DNA from: Mustelus asterias
Taxonomy: Eukaryota
Reading direction: 5' to 3'
Length of the DNA stretch: 64,000 nucleotides
NCBI RefSeq assembly: GCF_964213995.1
Contig: NC_135817.1
Location: forward strand, 70,804,001-70,868,000
Positions 59,690-64,000 of this stretch are shown in pieces. Made by a program: the position numbers and the translations under genes. Below the pieces are notes generated by a model that was given only the letters and a program-made list of their open reading frames with translations, made no database searches and was not told the DNA's origin. Position 1 is the stretch's first letter; the number at the start of each line of letters is the position of its first letter.

Positions 59690-62600
59690 TGATCTGGGGA
59701 CATTGGGTTCGAATCCCACCGTGGCAGCCAGTGGAATTGAAAAACATCTGGAACCATCCACCTATTTCACTCATGTGGGGAAATTTTCCCACCGTAGGAA
59801 TCTTAGCGAACGGGAGGGCGGGGGTGGGGGGAGGGGGGGGAGGTTGTGGCGGGTGGACCATGAAAAGATCTGTTGATCTCAGACGGGATTTTCCAGTTTT
59901 TGGTCGAACGAGGCCAGAAAATCCCTGCCCATGTCTCTTCAGGAAAATAAATCTGCCATCCTTACTTGGTCTGGCCTACATGTGAATCCAGACTCAGAGT
60001 AATGTAACTCTTAAATGCCCTTTGAAATGGCCTAGCAAGCCACTCGGCTACAAAGTCTGAAAGGAATGAATCCAAACAGGCACTGGAAATGACAAACGGC
60101 AAACCCAGCCCTGTTGACCCTGAAAAGTCCTTACTATCATCTGGGGCTTATGTCAAAATTGGGAATGCTGTCATGCAGCAGCTTGACATAGTCATGCACG
60201 CAGAATCATACCCTTGAGGCAATGGCCCAGACACCATCACCATCCCCGGGTATGTACTGTCCTGCTGACAGGACATCCCATGTTAACCCCCCCCTCCTCC
60301 CCAAGCTCCTCTGCCCCACCTTTTTAACTGATGAACCAATGCTCTTCCAGGTTGAACACCTTTGGAGAAAGCACTGAGAGTGACAAGGACTCAGAATGTA
60401 CTTTGGGTGGGAGACTTCAATGACCATCGCTGAGAGTAGCTGACCAAACACCAAAGGATATAGCTGCTAGGTGGTGAGGGAGCGAAAAGTGGGAAAAACC
60501 TATTTGACTTTGTTCCTACTAATGTCAAGATGCATCTGTCCATGACGGCATTGGTAAGAATGACCGTCCTTGTGGAGACAAAGTCCTGTCTTCACATTGA
60601 GGATTCCCTCCATCGTGTCGCGTGGCACGATCACCATGCTAAATGAGATAGATTGTGATCAGATTTGGCAAATCAAGACTGGGCATTCTTAAAGTTTATT
60701 TATTAGTGTCACATGTATCTTACATTAACACTGCAATGAAGTTACTGTGAAAATCCCCTAGTCGCCACACTCTAGTGTCTATTCAGATACACTAAGGGAG
60801 AATTTAGCATGGCAAATGCACCTAACCAACATGTCTTTTGGACTGTGGAAGGAAACCAGAGCACCCGGAGGAAATCTACTTAGACACGAGGAGAACGTGC
60901 AGACTCCGCACAGTGATTCAAGCCAGGAATCGAACCTGGGTCCCTGGCGCTGTGAGGCAGCAGTGCTAACCATTGTGTCACCGTGCTGCCCATGAGGCGC
61001 TGTGAACAATCAGCAGCTGCAGAATTGTACTCAACCACAATCTGTAACCATATGACCCGGCATATCCCCCACTCTACCGTTACCACAAAGCCAGGGAATC
61101 AACCCTGGTTCAATGAAGTGTACAGGAGGACATGCCAGGAGCAATACCAGGCTCACCTAAAAATAAGGTGCTAACCTGGTGATGCTACAACACGGGACTA
61201 CCTGTGTGCCAAGAAACATAAACAGCAAGTGATAGACAGAGCTAAGCAATTCCACAACCAACGGTTCAGATCTACGTTCTGCGCTTCTGCCAGATCCAGT
61301 CAAGAATAATAGTGGACAATTAAACAACTAACAGGAAGAGGAAGCTCCCAATGATCCCATCCTCAATGATGGGGCAACCCATGTGACATAGAAGAAGCAT
61401 TTGCAACCATCTTCAGCCAGAAGTGCCGAGTGGATCATCCACTTCAGCCTCTGCCGTAGGTCCTTATTATCACACATCCAGCCAATTTTATTCACTCTAC
61501 ATGATATCAGAAAATGACTGAAGGCATTGGCTCTGACAACATGCTGGCAATGGCATTAAAGACATGTGCTCCAAAATTACCCATGTTCCTGGCATGATCT
61601 TCCAGTACAGTTACAACACTGACATCTACCCAACAATGTGGAATAGTGCCCAAGTATGTCCTGTCCACAAAAAGCGGGACAAATCCAACCTGACCAATTA
61701 CCGCCCCATCAGTCTGTTCTCAATCATCAGTAAAGTGATGGAAAGGGTCATCGGTTGTGCTATCAAGCGGCACTTACTCAGCAATAACCTGCTCATGGCG
61801 CTCAGTTTCCGGCAGGGCCACTCGGCTCCTGACCTCATTACAGACTCGATCCAAACATTGTCAAAAGAGCTGAATGCCAGAGGTGAGGTGAGAGTGTCTG
61901 CCCTCGATATCAAGGCAGCATTTAACTGGATGTAGCATCAAGCAGCCCGTGCAAAACTGGAGTCAATGGAAATCAGGAGAAAAACCCTCCACTGGTTGGA
62001 GTCATAACTAACATAAAGGAAGATGGTTGTGGTTGTTAAATGTCAGTCATCTTAGTCCCAGGACATCACTGTATGAATTCCTCAGGGTAGTGTCCTAGGT
62101 TCAACCATCTTCAGCAGCTTCATCAATGACCTTCCATCCATCATAAGGTCAGAAGTGGGAATGTTTGCTGATGATGGCACAATGTTCAACACCATTCAAA
62201 ATTCCTCAGATACGGAAATAGTTCTTGTTCACATGTAGCAAGATCTGGACAATATCCAGGCTTGGGCTGACAAGTGACAAGTGACATTCACACCACACAT
62301 GTGTCAGGCAATGACCATCACCAATAAGAAAATCCAAACATCTTTCTTTGACATTCAAGAGCATTGCCATTGCTGAATCCCCACCACCATTGCCCAGGAA
62401 CTGAACTGGGCTAGCCATATAAATATTGTGGCCACAAGGGCAGGTCAGAGGTTAGGAATCCAATGGCATAAAATCTTTTCTCCTGACACCCCAAAGTCTG
62501 TCCACCATCTACAAGGCAAGAGTCAGGAGTATGATAGACTATAATCCACTTGTCAGAATGAGTGCAGCTCTAACCATACTCAAGGAACTTAATACAAACC

Positions 62601-62690
62601 AGGGCAAAGCTTAACTGGCACTGCATTCACCCGTTCAACATTAATTCCATTCATCTCCGACCCACAGTGGCAGCAGTGGGTGCCAGGCTG
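59690..62690 (+). mobile_element. Degenerate near-full-length CR1-group LINE with tRNA-like 5' head; contains a MITE (about 59777-59930) and an HE1-like SINE (60691-60991, -)
   Basis: B-box head and core as at 33843, then decayed endonuclease, QPWFN, NYRPISL, DIKAAF, PQGSVLG and FADD. Confidence 0.8.
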
Positions 62691-62879
62691 ATTGGGAACT
62701 AGTTCTCAGTTGACCATGGCATATGCGCTATGTGTGCTTTCTGCAAACTGCGGAATTGGCATATACATGGTGCGTGCTTTCTGCATATACTTTTTTTGTG
62801 GAAAAGGTAAGCGAAAACTTTATGTGATGATATATTAGAAACTAAATTATATACTTACTGTTCTGTGTTTTTGGTGAAG

Positions 62880-64000
62880 ACAGGGTTAAGGAGAATCCCA
62901 AGGCTTTTTATGCGTATATAAGGAGGAAGAAGCAGCTAGGGAAAGATCCACTCAAGGTCAGTGGAGGGAATTTGTGTGTGGAGGCAGATGAGGTGGGTCA
63001 GGTCCTTAATGAGTACTTTGCATCAGTATTCACAAAGGAGAAGGATGTGGTGGATGGTGAGTGTGGAAAGGAATATGTTGACATTCTAGGACATGTTGAG
63101 ATAAAAAGGGAGGAAGTATTGGAGGTTTTGAGAAACATGAATGTGGACAAGTCCCCAGGGCCTGTTAGTCTATCCCAGAATACTGAGAGAGGTGAGTAAA
63201 GAAATTGCTGAGGCCTTGGCCAAAATCTTGGTATCCTCTTTAGCCATGGGTGAGGTACCAGCGGATTGTAGCTAACATTGTTCCTCTGCTTAAGAAGGGC
63301 AGAAGAGACAATCCGGGAAATTACTGTGAGCCTTACATCAATAGTGGGGAAATTATTGGAGAAGATTCTTAGGATCAGGATATACTCACACCTGGAAGAG
63401 AATAAGCTTATTAGCGATAGGCAGCATGGTTTTGTGAAGGGGAGGTCGTGTCTCACAAAATTGATTGAGTTCTTTAAGGAAGTGATAAGAAAAATTGACC
63501 AGGGCAGGGCAGTGGATGTTATATACATGGACTTTAGTAAAGCCTTCAATAAGGTTCCTCATGGCAGGCTGATGCAGAAGGTGAAGTCATATGGGATCCG
63601 AGGTGAGCTGGTAAGATGGACACAAAACTGGCTTGGGCATAGAAAGCAGAGAGTAGCAGTGGAAGGGTACTTTTCTAACTGGAGGCCTGTGACAAGCAGT
63701 GCTCCACAAGGATCAGTGCTGGGACCTCTGTTGTTTGTAATATATATAAATGGTTTGAAGGAAAATGTATGTTGTCTGATTTGTAAATATGTAGATGGTA
63801 CAAAATTTGGGAGGGTAGCAGATAGTGAGGAGAGTTGTCAGAGGATACAGCAGGATATAAATCAGCTGGAGACTGAAAGATGGCAGATGGAATTTAACCC
63901 CGACAAATGTGAGGTGATGCGATTTGGAAGGCTTATTGCAGAAGGAAAGTATGCAGTAAATGGTAGAGCCCTTAGAAATATTAGCTACAGAGGGATCTAG
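62880..64000 (+). mobile_element. CR1/HER1 LINE running off the window end
   Basis: ORFs 62972-63199 and 63278-64000 (KSPGP, DFSKAF, PQGSVLGPLLF). Confidence 0.92.

Overview
Eukaryotic, repeat-rich vertebrate DNA. The HE1-type tRNA/V-domain SINEs, their CR1/HER1 partner LINEs and a Deu/AmnSINE1-like tail point to a cartilaginous fish, most likely a shark (inference). One host gene is supported: a five-exon + strand type I immunoglobulin-superfamily receptor (5787-16900, 356 aa predicted). It consists of a leader, a germline-joined VJ-type V domain with strong CD28/CTLA-4 hallmarks, a C1 domain, an uncharged TM segment and a tail with two YxN motifs and an ITIM-like motif. The rest is mostly mobile DNA: many CR1 copies and SINEs, Harbinger remnants and MITEs, Penelope-like fragments with minimal hammerhead motifs, and Rex1 and Tx1 3' ends. 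There is also a young intact Gypsy element (38709-43480) with a YLDN RT motif and a self-complementary sequence instead of a tRNA PBS. A U2-snRNA-headed retroposon with long TSDs lies at 24646-24956, and a defective endogenous retrovirus (55264-58751) is bounded by two inverted U5 ends and a 4-bp TSD. A 200-N assembly gap lies at 50558-50757. No CRISPR, rRNA or intact tRNA gene was found. Repeat boundaries are approximate unless TSDs are quoted.
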